Source of the DNA: an uncultured Acidobacteriota bacterium
GTDB lineage: Bacteria > Acidobacteriota > Vicinamibacteria > Vicinamibacterales > 2-12-FULL-66-21
Length of the DNA stretch: 64,000 bases
Assembly (NCBI GenBank): GCA_963749835.1
Contig: CAVVOD010000003.1
Span: 257,045-321,044 of the forward strand
Reading direction: 5' to 3'
Below the pieces are notes generated by a model, which saw only the letters and a program-made list of their open reading frames with translations, was not told the origin of the DNA and did not search any database. Numbering within the stretch: the stretch's first letter is position 1; every line of letters starts with the position of its first letter. The position numbers and the translations under genes are program-made. Shown in pieces: positions 27,379 through 37,335 of this stretch.

Positions 27379-28173
27379 ATGAAGCCAGCGACAGTGTTCC
27401 TCGGCGAGATGACGAACCCGGAGGTCGAAGCGTTCCTGACGTCGAACCATACGGTCATCGTGCCGACGGGCGCGACGGAGCAGCATGGCCCGCACGGGCC
27501 CCTCGCGACGGACGTGCTCATTCCCAACGAAATCGCGCGACGCGTGGCCCCCACGATCGGCGCGGTGGTCGCCCCGCCGCTCGCCTACACGCTCTCGTAT
27601 CCCCACATCGGCTTCACGGGCCTCGTCTACATCCGCATTCCGACCTTCATGGCGCTCATCGAGGACCTCTGCGCGTCGTTTGCCGCCTCCGGATTCCGTC
27701 GGATCATCTTCCTGAACGGGCACTACGACAACACGTACGCAATCGCGTACGCGTGCGCCAACGCGGCGGAGCGGATGCCGAAGGGCGTGCAGGCCTTTCC
27801 CGTCAACTACTGGGATGCGTTGAGCGAGGCCGAAGTCGCCGAGTTCTCAGGACTGAAGAACGGACTCCACGCCAATCTGGCCGAGACGTCCGCCGTGATG
27901 GCCATCAATCCCGACCTCGTCGATCTCGAGAAGGCCAACGCGGAGTTTCCGCCGTTCCCGGAGTTCACCGTGCCGAACATCGGCGCCGTGCACTCCGCGT
28001 TCTTCTTCAGCAACCCGGGGTCGGTTCACTGGGCGACGAAGTCAGGGACGTGGGGGGACGCACGGAAATCAAACCCCGAGGCCGGCGAGCGCTACCTCGA
28101 GGCGGGCGTGCGTTCGACGCTCGCGTTGATCGACAACATCGATCGGACCTTCGCCGCGATGCCCCCTCGCTGA
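27379..28173 (+). CDS. Creatininase (creatinine amidohydrolase) family protein
   Basis: 264 aa. Family-typical N-terminus VIVPTGATEQHGPHGPLATDVLI and NGHYDN. Confidence 0.85.
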   Translation: MKPATVFLGEMTNPEVEAFLTSNHTVIVPTGATEQHGPHGPLATDVLIPNEIARRVAPTIGAVVAPPLAYTLSYPHIGFTGLVYIRIPTFMALIEDLCASFAASGFRRIIFLNGHYDNTYAIAYACANAAERMPKGVQAFPVNYWDALSEAEVAEFSGLKNGLHANLAETSAVMAINPDLVDLEKANAEFPPFPEFTVPNIGAVHSAFFFSNPGSVHWATKSGTWGDARKSNPEAGERYLEAGVRSTLALIDNIDRTFAAMPPR

Positions 28174-28272
28174 CGGGCATGCGTCCTGACGTCCCACAAA
28201 CGGATAGTGGGGTCAGACGCCGGTCGTCGGTTTACGTACTGTCCGGGCCCGGAGCGTGGGCGTCGTCTCGGT

Positions 28273-29196
28273 TTATTTGTCGGCAATGCGCGTTGGTGCC
28301 AGCACGTTCATCCCCGGCACCTTGACCGCCACGTTGATCTTGTCGGACGTTTTCTCCCCCTGGCGCTGCGAATACGTGACAGCGTACTGGTTGCGCAGGA
28401 GCGACTGGGCGAGCTGCTGGAGGCTGCTGACGAGCCCGGCAGCCGCGACGATCTCGTCGCGCGTCCCACCCGACTGCTTGGGCCCCTCGCCGAGCACCTC
28501 ACTGAGATTCATGTTTTCACCCAGGAGCCCCGAGGGCTTCTGAATCGCAACGGTGGACCGTATGGCGGAGCTCGACACCTGGACAACGTGAAGCGCGGCC
28601 CCGCTCCTGCGCAGCTCATTGAGGACGTGATCGGCTGGGAGCGTGCTGTGCTCTTCACCGCCGACCGTCAGGGCCAGGATGATGCCGCGTCGCGGACGCC
28701 CCTTCGCCGTGAAGTCGCGGGCAGTCTCCGAGATGCCTTCGAGGAGCTGACCGCCATCCGCGGTCGCCGGACGCTGACCGAGCCGGGCGATGGCCTCGCT
28801 CAGTTCGCGCCCGTCGCCGGTGTAGTCGACGATCTTCTGCGTCTGGCCCGTCACCTCGCTGATGGCGAACTCGGCATTCCCGTGCAGCTTCTCGATGAAC
28901 TTGCCGACGCCGTACCGGAAGAAGCCCGTTCCGTTGTCGTCGACGATGACCGCGATCCGCAGCGGCGCGGCGGCCGGCTCCGCGCTCAGCACCTCGCGGA
29001 CCTTACCGCCGATCTTGACCACGAAGTCGGCGGGCCCGAGATCGGGAACCGATGATCCGACCTTGTCCGTCACGGTGACGTATACCGTCCGGTAAAGGGG
29101 TTCAACCTGCGGCTGCCCTGCCTGCGGGCCGGCGGCACTCGGGCCGACCAGGGCGAGTTGCAGGACGCCGAACGACAAGGCGAGCATCCACGCCAT
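28273..29196 (-). CDS. VWFA-related 'acidobacterial' domain protein, exported
   Basis: 307 aa with a signal peptide. The N-terminal pattern YRTVYVTVTDKVGSSVPDLGPADFVVKIGGKVREVLSAEP followed by a VWA-like fold is what I remember for the VWFA-related Acidobacterial domain family. Confidence 0.7.
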   Translation of the reverse strand: MAWMLALSFGVLQLALVGPSAAGPQAGQPQVEPLYRTVYVTVTDKVGSSVPDLGPADFVVKIGGKVREVLSAEPAAAPLRIAVIVDDNGTGFFRYGVGKFIEKLHGNAEFAISEVTGQTQKIVDYTGDGRELSEAIARLGQRPATADGGQLLEGISETARDFTAKGRPRRGIILALTVGGEEHSTLPADHVLNELRRSGAALHVVQVSSSAIRSTVAIQKPSGLLGENMNLSEVLGEGPKQSGGTRDEIVAAAGLVSSLQQLAQSLLRNQYAVTYSQRQGEKTSDKINVAVKVPGMNVLAPTRIADK

Positions 29197-29241
29197 GGCC
29201 TGACCCCCAATTCCGCGCGTCCCGCGAGTCGCGGGCCGACG

Positions 29242-30663
29242 TTACCGCGTGCCGGATCCCGCCCGCTCCCCCTGCTCGTCCATCATGAGCGGCGGCGGCT
29301 CCGCAGCGACAAGATACTCGAACTCGCGCCGGAATTCCTCTTCGGTGAGTTTTGCCGTCGATGCGAGCCTGGCGACTTCGTGCGGATCCTCGATATCGTC
29401 GCGCCGCAGCCGGATCATGTAGCGCCGCGCAATCGCGTAGCGCGTGGACGAGACGTCCACCAGCCGCACGGCCGTGCGCCCGGTCACGCCGTCCATCATC
29501 TCTGAGAACGGGATCGGCACGAAGTGCCCTCCCTGCATCGAGATCATCGCGGCGTTGCCGCCCGCGAGCAGATACTTCGCGGCACAGTAGCCCAGGTCGC
29601 GGGTGTACTCCATGTCGAACGGGATCGGATCTGCGCACCGGAGCTCGTACCCGATGTTCTTGGCGGCAATCGTGGTCTTGATGCCCAGCCCGCGCAGCCG
29701 CTCGGTGACTTTCGCCTTGAGAATCTCTCCGAGATTGACCTCCGCGATCCGCAGGTGCCCGTGGGCATCGCGCTCCACGTCGGCCAGTCCGACGAGATCC
29801 TCTTCGGCGACGTCGAGCACGACCCCTTCCGCAATAATCGCCACGCCGTCGCGTCGCCCGCCGGCCATGCGCTTGATGATGCTCGCGGTCAGCGTGTCCA
29901 CAATCGTCTTGAGCCGGATCGGGGAGCCGAACTCCTCGGTGATGAGCGTGACCGTCGCCCCGGCCGCCTTGCCGATGCCGAGCGCGAGGTGCCCCGCCTT
30001 GCGCCCCATGGCAATCACGAAATACCAGCGCGTGGTCGTCTTGGCATCGACCATGAGGTTCTTCACGATATCGACGCCGTAGTGTCGAGCCGACTGATAC
30101 CCGAACGTGTCGACGTGCGCCGGCAGGTCGAGGTCGTTGTCGATCGTCTTCGGCACGTGCACGACACGAATGCGGCCGGCGGCGTGCTGCTCCAGCTTCA
30201 TCGCGGAGAACGCGGTGTCGTCGCCGCCGATCGTCACGAGCTGGGAGACGTCGAGCCGCAGGAGCGACATGACCGTGTTCTCGAGCAGCTGCGGATCTTT
30301 GGTCGGATTCGCACGTGCGATGCCGAGGTGCGAGCCGCCACGGAAGTGAATCCGGCTCACCGCGTCGATCGTGAGGGGCATCACGTGATCGATGTCCCCC
30401 TGCATGAGCCATTCGAAGCCGTCCCGAACGCCGACCACGTCGATCCCTTCGAGCCGGGCCCTGATGGTGGCAGCGCCGATGACGCTGTTGATCCCGGGCG
30501 CAGGCCCGCCGCCGACGAGAATTGCAAGCTTGTTATGGTGTTCCACGAGAGTCCTCAGAATACCCGGCACTTCCGGTCCGCCGGCGCTGTAATCGATTGC
30601 AGGCAGCCGGATTATACCTCTACCGCATGCGCGAAGACCGAACCGATCTCCGGCGCCGCTCAC
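29242..30663 (-). CDS. 6-phosphofructokinase (ATP- or PPi-dependent, long form)
   Basis: 473-aa ORF with a GTG start; the true start is uncertain. Motifs: ILVGGGPAPGINSVI, TIGGDDTAFSA, PKTIDNDL. Confidence 0.85.
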   Translation of the reverse strand: MSGAGDRFGLRACGRGIIRLPAIDYSAGGPEVPGILRTLVEHHNKLAILVGGGPAPGINSVIGAATIRARLEGIDVVGVRDGFEWLMQGDIDHVMPLTIDAVSRIHFRGGSHLGIARANPTKDPQLLENTVMSLLRLDVSQLVTIGGDDTAFSAMKLEQHAAGRIRVVHVPKTIDNDLDLPAHVDTFGYQSARHYGVDIVKNLMVDAKTTTRWYFVIAMGRKAGHLALGIGKAAGATVTLITEEFGSPIRLKTIVDTLTASIIKRMAGGRRDGVAIIAEGVVLDVAEEDLVGLADVERDAHGHLRIAEVNLGEILKAKVTERLRGLGIKTTIAAKNIGYELRCADPIPFDMEYTRDLGYCAAKYLLAGGNAAMISMQGGHFVPIPFSEMMDGVTGRTAVRLVDVSSTRYAIARRYMIRLRRDDIEDPHEVARLASTAKLTEEEFRREFEYLVAAEPPPLMMDEQGERAGSGTR

Positions 30664-30714
30664 GGCGCGGCCGCTGACGCGCAGATCGGCCTGCGCGTCA
30701 GGTGAGCTCCGGGA

Positions 30715-31956
30715 CTACGACCGATACGGCTCGCGCCCGGTCCCCTGAATCGGAATGTCCTGCGCCGCCAGCACCTCGTGCTGCAGCGCATACATGCACG
30801 CCGCCGCCGCATCGACGTGCCGGACGAACGCAATCGATCCCTGGAGGATCGGCTTCACCCGCGCACGATCCTGGAGGCGGGCCGGCGGGTACTCGTGTTC
30901 GACGACGAGGTGCGTGTTGGCCACGTCGAGCTTCAGCAGCTCCCGCGCCGCGAGCTGGTGATCGAACCAGTCGACCGACCGGTTCTGCAGGTAAGCGAGG
31001 GGGTCGTGCCGGGCCGTGCCGGGCAGCTCGTGCTCGGCGAGCACGATCTGCTTCTTCCACGCGTTCAGCTGCTCCGCCGGGTTGTCCGTCGGCTTCCCGT
31101 CCTTCCAGTCACCGCGCTCGACCGTCTGGCCGCCGTAGCCCCACTCGGACACGCCTTTGGCGTGCACGACCTGCCCTTTCACGTGGAAGCCGCCGATGAG
31201 GAAGTTGTATCCGCTGTCCTTCAGAAACTGGAAGATCGACCGCGTGTCCTGCCCCATCAGAATGGCGTGCGACGGATCGTAGTGAATCCGGAACTGATCG
31301 CCCACGCCATGCTTCTCGCAGATGCGGTGCAGCGCGATCCACGTTCCCGGCGTGTAGGCGATGTTGTTGTGCCAGATGTCGCCCGTCGTCCAGCCTGGCA
31401 TCGGGCACTGCTCGACACGGTAGGTGAGGCCGCGCGCCTTCGCGTCCTTGAGGAGCGGCACGAACCACTGCTCGAAGTCGAGCAGGTTCTGGTCCATGCT
31501 GTGCTGGTGGTTGCGCCCGACGAACCCGCACACCGCATCAACCCCGAGAAGCGTCGCGGCGTCGAACACGCGATGCATGAAGTCGTACTTCTTGGCACGG
31601 ATGACCGGGTCGTGATGGAGCAGATTGTCGAAGTACCCGATCTCGGAAATGCCGATGCCGCTGGCGTCGAGCGCAGCCTTGACGCGGCGCACGCGATCCT
31701 TGTCGAACGGCTTGCGCAGATCGAGGGTGTTGGCCACGGGGTCGAGCTGCGCCTCGAGCGGAACGTCGCTCTCCGTCGGGTGAAGCGCCGAGGCCAGCTG
31801 GATGTAGCTCGCACCCAGCTCTTTCGCAAATTCCACCCACTCTTCGATCGCGCGGTCAGGGTCCGCATCGCGGATGTCCCGCGGCGTCAATTCCTGGAGC
31901 GCGGCCGTCAGGATGCCGACCTTCATGAACTTTGGTTCGAACGGTTGAATTTTCAT
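30715..31956 (-). CDS. Xylose-isomerase-like TIM-barrel (sugar phosphate isomerase/epimerase family) protein, long form
   Basis: The track ORF is 30715..32067. I trimmed it to ATG 31956 ([20 protein letters not shown]...). The start is 7 nt after the stop of the upstream Gfo/Idh/MocA gene. Confidence 0.8.
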   Translation of the reverse strand: MKIQPFEPKFMKVGILTAALQELTPRDIRDADPDRAIEEWVEFAKELGASYIQLASALHPTESDVPLEAQLDPVANTLDLRKPFDKDRVRRVKAALDASGIGISEIGYFDNLLHHDPVIRAKKYDFMHRVFDAATLLGVDAVCGFVGRNHQHSMDQNLLDFEQWFVPLLKDAKARGLTYRVEQCPMPGWTTGDIWHNNIAYTPGTWIALHRICEKHGVGDQFRIHYDPSHAILMGQDTRSIFQFLKDSGYNFLIGGFHVKGQVVHAKGVSEWGYGGQTVERGDWKDGKPTDNPAEQLNAWKKQIVLAEHELPGTARHDPLAYLQNRSVDWFDHQLAARELLKLDVANTHLVVEHEYPPARLQDRARVKPILQGSIAFVRHVDAAAACMYALQHEVLAAQDIPIQGTGREPYRS

Positions 31957-31963
31957 AGCGTCT

Positions 31964-33148
31964 CTAAGATTTGTAAGCGACCGTGGTCCACTGGGATCCG
32001 TTGCGCGCGCTCTCGAGAATGGCTTCGACGACGCAGTTCGCGCGGTACCCGTCTTCGAATGTGGCAAATGCCGGTGGATGAGGATCCGAAGGCTTCTTGC
32101 CGGCGGCGATGAATCCGTAAATATCCCGCATCACGTTGCAGAAGGCGTCAGCCCAGGATTCCTGGTGCCCGCCGGGGAGGTGCGCGTAGCGGCCCGCTTC
32201 GGTGTCGAGCAGCGAAGGATCCTTCGCGAGGACTTCGTTGGCCTTGTCGCGGCGTCCGATCCACAGCTGGTTCTGGCTCTCCTGGTGCCATCTGAGCGAC
32301 GCGCTCGACCCGCAGATCTCGAGCTGCAGATCGTTCTTGTGTCCCGCACAGACCTGACCCACGGAAAAGCTGCCCTTGGCTCCGTTGTCGAAGCGCAGCA
32401 GCACCGACGCGAGATCCTCGACCTTGATGTCCACTTCTTCGACCGCCTGGTCGGCTCCGGCGACCGCAAACGCCTCGCGCGATCCCTTCGGCTTCTTGCG
32501 TATCGGGATGACGGTCGTGATGTCCCCCAGCACGTGCGTGATCTTCAACCCGCTGATGTGCTGAGCCAGATCGCACCAGTGGGAGCCGATATCGCCCAGC
32601 GCCGACGAGGCGCCCCCCTTGTCCGGTTCGAGACGCCAGGAATAGTCCGTGTCCTTCAGGAGCCAGTCCTGGAGGTAATGGCCGACGAGAAACGTCGGAC
32701 GCCCGATGTCGCCGCGCGCGATGGCATTGCGCGCCTGCTGCACGAGCGGGTTGCCGCGATAGTTGAACGTGACGGCGTGGACGATGCCGGCCTTGTTGGC
32801 CTGGTCGAGCAGCGTCTTCGCCTCCGCCGCCGTCATCGCGAGCGGCTTGTCGGAGATGACGTGCTTCCCTTTCGCAATCGCCGCGGCATTCACGGGGTAG
32901 TGCAGGTAGTTGGGGGTCGCATTGTGGACCACCTGGATGTCCGGATCGTCCAGCAGCGCTTCGTAGCTTCCATAGGCCTTTCGCGCGCCGAGCGCTTCGG
33001 CCTTCTTTTCAGCCGACGCCTGGCTGCTGCCGGCCACGGCCACAACGTCCACGTATCCCAGCCTGCGGACCGCGTCCACATGATGGGGTCCGACGAACCC
33101 TGCACCAACGATTCCCATCCCAATCCGTTTCACGGCAAAGTCCTCCAC
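31964..33148 (-). CDS. Gfo/Idh/MocA family oxidoreductase
   Basis: 394 aa with Rossmann N-terminus [25 protein letters not shown]. Confidence 0.85.
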   Translation of the reverse strand: MEDFAVKRIGMGIVGAGFVGPHHVDAVRRLGYVDVVAVAGSSQASAEKKAEALGARKAYGSYEALLDDPDIQVVHNATPNYLHYPVNAAAIAKGKHVISDKPLAMTAAEAKTLLDQANKAGIVHAVTFNYRGNPLVQQARNAIARGDIGRPTFLVGHYLQDWLLKDTDYSWRLEPDKGGASSALGDIGSHWCDLAQHISGLKITHVLGDITTVIPIRKKPKGSREAFAVAGADQAVEEVDIKVEDLASVLLRFDNGAKGSFSVGQVCAGHKNDLQLEICGSSASLRWHQESQNQLWIGRRDKANEVLAKDPSLLDTEAGRYAHLPGGHQESWADAFCNVMRDIYGFIAAGKKPSDPHPPAFATFEDGYRANCVVEAILESARNGSQWTTVAYKS

Positions 33149-33150
33149 AC

Positions 33151-33296
33151 GAGCTATCAGCTGACAGCTATCAGCCCTCAGCTTCGCCTGCAGTTTCGAG
33201 TTCCGCGTCAGTTCCCAGTCTTCCGCTTCCAGGTCCCATTCTTTGGCTACTGGACCGGTTACGGCGCCGCTGATAGCTGACAGCTGAAAGCTCCGA
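33151..33296. repeat. Heptamer arrays arranged as inverted arms (CAGCTAT-type left, GCTGATA-type right) around CAGTTTC-type units
   Basis: Left arm: gagctat cagctga cagctat cagccct cagcttc. Centre: cagtttcgagttccgcgtcagttcccagtcttccgcttccaggtcc. Right arm: gctgata gctgaca gctgaaa gctccga. It fills part of the gap between the paralog 4 stop and the Gfo start. Confidence 0.7.
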
Positions 33297-33468
33297 TGCG
33301 CCGCCCAGCATACACCGCCGTCGCGGCCCCCAGGCGCGCGCGTCCGCGCCCTGGTGTCCTGACCGCATGGTTCGCGACATAACTGCCGGGCGGGGCATCC
33401 CGCCTGGCAGCGTTGCCATGCGGGCGCCGCGCTCCGGGACTTATGCCACGATCCACGCGGTCAGGACA

Positions 33469-36240
33469 CTAGCTTCCCGCTCCTGGTCTGTACAACCGCA
33501 GCCGCAGCATCGACCAGGGCGGAGCCCCCTCGACGGATGCTGTCTGCGTCAGCCGCACGAACTTTGCCTGCACGGGAGAGAACCGGATTGCGGTACTCAC
33601 TCCGGTCCCGGCTCCCCTGGCGACAGTCGTCCACTGTGTGCCGTCTGTGGAAATGTCGACGACGTATTCGCGCGGAAATCCTGAGGTCGGCGGTGGCGCG
33701 CCGGCGCCGCGCCCTCCGCCGATGCGTGACGAGTCGAACTGGATCTCCGTGACTGGCGTCGCCTGCGGAAGCTCGACCTGGAACCACATGCCGGGCGCCT
33801 GCGAAGTGCCGCTGCTCCACGTCGCGAAGTTGAACGCCTGGGCAGCCTTCTCCGTGTTGTGGCTCGCCGTCGCTTTCCACCCGGCATCGGCGGGGAGTGC
33901 GGCCGGCACCGATGCGACGAGTTGATCGAAGGTCCAGTTCGCCGTCCGGCTCGAGGTCGCCGCGCGCACGCGCGCGACGTCCGCGGCCGATACGAACGGC
34001 GCGGCGTTACCGTACGTGTTGCGGATGTACGACGCGATCGACGCAATCCACTCATCGCGGTTGGACCCCATGGGCACCATCACGCCACCGGCATAGGCCC
34101 GGCCGTCCAGGGGACCCGTCAGCCCGTGCAGCAGGGTCTTGATGACGTAGTCGGGGTGCCCGGTGATGCGTGGGTTGCCGACGAACGCCGGAGCCATGAT
34201 CGTGCCGGCTGCCGCCCCCGCGAGTGGCGCGCCTCGTCCGTCATCGCCGTGGCACGAAGAGCACAGCTCTTTGTGAATCGCATCCCCGCGCTGCATGGCG
34301 GCAAGCTCGTCCTCCGAGAACGGGTTGTTGCCCGGACGTCCGTAGGTCAGCGCCGGCGGATTCAGGATCTGCCGGCCGACTTCCTGGACGCCGCGCGCCG
34401 GGTTCGCTGCCTGCGCGGTCGCGACCGTCTCCGCAACTCTGGGCTCCTTGAGGACGTTCAGTGTCAGCATCGCCTGGATCACGACGTCCACATCGGTGTC
34501 CTGCGCGAGCCTGCGGTAGTCGCCCGCCAGGGATCGATCGCCGGCTTTATAAAGCGTCTCGCTCACGCGAATCGCCTGTATCCGCATCTTCGGATTCGGA
34601 TCCTCCAGCTGCTGCCGCACGAGTGCGGCATCGAGCGCGCCCAGTCCCTCCAGCGTCCACATCGCATGGAACCGGCCGAAGAGGCTCGGCGACGAGCGCA
34701 CCATCTTCTGCAGCGCCGGGACCACGGATTGGTCCTGCTCGAGGACGAGCAGCTGCTGCGCCGTGTCGCGCCACCAGCCGTTCGGATGATCGAGGTGAGT
34801 CACGAGCTGCGCCGCGGTCTCGTTCAGCATGCGCGGCTGCGTTCGATCGCGCCCGGTGCTCTCGTGCGACAGACGCCAAATCCGTCCGCGTCGCACGATT
34901 TTCGCCAGCTGATACTGATCGATCTTCGCACGCAGGTAGCTGCCCGGCTGGGTCCACGTCCCTTCCTGGATGATCCCGCGATACAGATCGACGATGTATT
35001 CGGTGCCGTCGGGAGCGGTGGCGATATCGACGGGACGGAACAGATGGTCCGTCGATCGAATGAACTCGGAGTGCTCCCACTGGTGCACGTTCTGGAGTTG
35101 CGTGAGCCCCTCGGTCACGACCGGCCTCACGCGGCGCACGATCCGGGCGACCGGTTCGCCATAGAGATAATCGCCGAGCAGATCCTTCGGCATCCGGTGG
35201 CCACGGACGAAGTCGTTGCCCGCGGATCCCGTCACGCTCACAAGCGTCAGATCCGGACGACGTATCGCGCTCGTGCCCGGCTGAAAATCGCCAACCCCCG
35301 AAACGCCCCAGGGAATCTCGAACCCCGGTGCGAGTTGATCCGGCACTCTGAAGTTGCCGTAGTGAATCGGGAACTGGAAGTACGACGGCAGCCCGCTGGC
35401 GCCTCCCTGAAACCACATCTTGCCGAAATCGTCGTGCGTGATCCCCCACTGCGCGCCATTGGTGCCTGTCGGCTCCCGGACAACGCCGTTCGGCGTCCAC
35501 CGGACCCTGAAGGCGTTGTAGGTGCTGTACAGCCAGTTGTCCATGCCCCAGTGGAGGCTGCTCTGCTGATGCTCGACGTTGCCGGCCCGCCCGAAGTTCG
35601 TGGTGAAGAGCTCCTTCTTGTCGGCCACTCCGTCACCGTTCGTGTCCGTGTACCGCCATACCTCATCCTGGTTCGACTCCATCGTCAGAATGCTGTTGGC
35701 GCCGAACGGCAGCACGAACCGCGGAAACACCAGCTTGTCGACGAAGACCGAATGTTTCTCGTACACGCCGTCGTGGTTCACGTCCTCGTGCACGGAGATG
35801 CGTCCGATCGGATCGAGCTCGCCGGTCGCATCCGCATCCTGCATGTAGGCGCGGATCTCGACGACGAACATGCGGCCGTTGCCGTCGAACGCGATTTGCG
35901 TGGGCTCCTGGACGTCAGGCTCGGTGAGAACCGGCTCCATCTTGTAGCCGGGCTGCAGGACGAATCGCTTCTGCTGTTCCGCGGCAGAGACCGCGACAAT
36001 CGGCGGCTTGGGCGTCAGGTCCGCACCCTCGAACGGATCCGGACCACGCCCTCCGGTCCCGCGGGCGCCTGGCACGGGGGGGGCCCCCTGCGGTGGCGGC
36101 GTCGGCGTCGGCGCAGTCTGGACAGGTGCGGCCGACGGTGCCGTCGGTGTCTGCGCGACCACGACGAAGCAGGCGACATACACGCCCAGCGCGGCGGTGA
36201 GCAGCCGCGCGAAGCGCGAGCGGGCAAGTCTGGCGGTCAT
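33469..36240 (-). CDS. PVC-type haem-binding CxxCH / dehydrogenase-like protein with a discoidin-like tail (paralog 4)
   Basis: The track ORF is 33469..36261 (TTG start). The likely start is ATG 36240 (MTARLARSRFARLLTAALGVYVACFVVVAQ). Contains QQKRFVLQPGYKMEPVLTEPDVQEPTQIAFDGNGRMFVVEIRAYM, HPNGWWRDTAQQLLVL and CSSCHGDDGRG. Tail: PGMWFQVELPQ...YVVDISTDGTQW...AKFVRLTQTA. Confidence 0.85.
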   Translation of the reverse strand: MTARLARSRFARLLTAALGVYVACFVVVAQTPTAPSAAPVQTAPTPTPPPQGAPPVPGARGTGGRGPDPFEGADLTPKPPIVAVSAAEQQKRFVLQPGYKMEPVLTEPDVQEPTQIAFDGNGRMFVVEIRAYMQDADATGELDPIGRISVHEDVNHDGVYEKHSVFVDKLVFPRFVLPFGANSILTMESNQDEVWRYTDTNGDGVADKKELFTTNFGRAGNVEHQQSSLHWGMDNWLYSTYNAFRVRWTPNGVVREPTGTNGAQWGITHDDFGKMWFQGGASGLPSYFQFPIHYGNFRVPDQLAPGFEIPWGVSGVGDFQPGTSAIRRPDLTLVSVTGSAGNDFVRGHRMPKDLLGDYLYGEPVARIVRRVRPVVTEGLTQLQNVHQWEHSEFIRSTDHLFRPVDIATAPDGTEYIVDLYRGIIQEGTWTQPGSYLRAKIDQYQLAKIVRRGRIWRLSHESTGRDRTQPRMLNETAAQLVTHLDHPNGWWRDTAQQLLVLEQDQSVVPALQKMVRSSPSLFGRFHAMWTLEGLGALDAALVRQQLEDPNPKMRIQAIRVSETLYKAGDRSLAGDYRRLAQDTDVDVVIQAMLTLNVLKEPRVAETVATAQAANPARGVQEVGRQILNPPALTYGRPGNNPFSEDELAAMQRGDAIHKELCSSCHGDDGRGAPLAGAAAGTIMAPAFVGNPRITGHPDYVIKTLLHGLTGPLDGRAYAGGVMVPMGSNRDEWIASIASYIRNTYGNAAPFVSAADVARVRAATSSRTANWTFDQLVASVPAALPADAGWKATASHNTEKAAQAFNFATWSSGTSQAPGMWFQVELPQATPVTEIQFDSSRIGGGRGAGAPPPTSGFPREYVVDISTDGTQWTTVARGAGTGVSTAIRFSPVQAKFVRLTQTASVEGAPPWSMLRLRLYRPGAGS

Positions 36241-36261
36241 CTGCACTTCTCTCCCGAACAA

Positions 36262-36294
36262 ATGGGGACACTCACCTTTACAGTAAGTTGTTGA
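36262..36294 (+). repeat. Copy 4 of the conserved 33-nt element / micro-ORF MGTLTFTVSC*
   Basis: atggggacactcacctttacagtaagttgttga. It is divergent from, and 21 nt away from, the ATG of paralog 4. This is the same geometry as copy 3 relative to the creatininase gene. Confidence 0.8.
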
Positions 36295-36320
36295 GCCGTA
36301 TAGGGGAATCTAGGAACGTA

Positions 36321-36350
36321 TCAGCTCTCAGCTTTCAGACCTCAGCTCAG
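36321..36350. repeat. Heptamer tandem repeat TCAGCTC-type x4
   Basis: tcagctc tcagctt tcagacc tcagctc ag. Confidence 0.6.
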
Positions 36351-36419
36351 CGCACGGGGACCTTGGCCCATCATCCGGCGAGCCGTTGTGAGACTTTTCT
36401 TGTGGCCTGCATTCGTTCA

Positions 36420-37274
36420 CTAGTTCGGGAACAACGTGCGCAGGTGACGCAGGCCCTCTGTCGCCAGTGCATCCTGCGACGTGGCAAACGAGCGCCAGAT
36501 CGCGGCGGCGCGGGCGATCGACTTCACCTTGTTGGTGAACGACTCGATCACCATCGGACCCTTGTAGCCGATGTCGCCGCACGCCTTGGCGACCTCGTCC
36601 CAGGGCACATGACCCGAGCCTGGCGCACCGCGATCGTTCTCGCACGTGTGGAGGTGACGCATCCTCGGACCGGCGGCGCGAATCGCGTCCCCGATCGAGC
36701 GCTCTTCAATGTTCATGTGGAAGGTGTCGAGCAGGATCCCGCAGGACTTGTGATCCACGCGGTCCACGACCTCGATCGCCTGCGACGCCAGGTTCAGGAA
36801 GCTCGTCTCGAACCGGTTCAGCGGCTCGACACAGATCGTCACGCCGCGGTCGCCGGCGAATGTCGCCAGCTCGCGCAGCTGACCGACCAGCAGATCCAGG
36901 TCCTGCGTGCGCTCATCTGCGGTCTGCTGCCACGTCCTCCCGACGGCGCTGTACAACGGCCCGACGACATTGGCGGCGCCGAGCGTCTTCGCCGCGTCGA
37001 TGCAGTGCTTGACGTAGTCCATGCCGTTCGTGCGGATGCTCGCGTCCGGATGAATCAGGTCGCGGTCGGGCCCCATCGCGGCGCACACACTGACGGCCAG
37101 GTTGTTCGCCTTCGCGATCTCTCCACCCTTCTTGTAGTCGAGATCCGTGACGCTCTCGATCGGCACCTCGACGAGATCGAACCCCATGCCGGCGATCATG
37201 GGCGCCAGCCGGGCGAGCTCCTCGGTATTGATCGGTGACGACCAGACCCACGCGTTCACACCTATCTGCGCCAT
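36420..37274 (-). CDS. Xylose-isomerase-like TIM-barrel sugar epimerase/isomerase (ketose 3-epimerase-like)
   Basis: The track ORF is 36420..37412. I trimmed it to ATG 37274 (MAQIGVNAWVWSSPINTEELARLAPMIAGMGFDLVEVPIE...). Contains VEPLNRFETSFLN, LLDTFHMNIEE and HLHTCENDRG. Confidence 0.85.
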   Translation of the reverse strand: MAQIGVNAWVWSSPINTEELARLAPMIAGMGFDLVEVPIESVTDLDYKKGGEIAKANNLAVSVCAAMGPDRDLIHPDASIRTNGMDYVKHCIDAAKTLGAANVVGPLYSAVGRTWQQTADERTQDLDLLVGQLRELATFAGDRGVTICVEPLNRFETSFLNLASQAIEVVDRVDHKSCGILLDTFHMNIEERSIGDAIRAAGPRMRHLHTCENDRGAPGSGHVPWDEVAKACGDIGYKGPMVIESFTNKVKSIARAAAIWRSFATSQDALATEGLRHLRTLFPN

Positions 37275-37335
37275 GTTGCACTCCCCGATGAAATCAAAAC
37301 GAATCACTCCTCGCGGATCGTCGCCGCCGAGGCCG

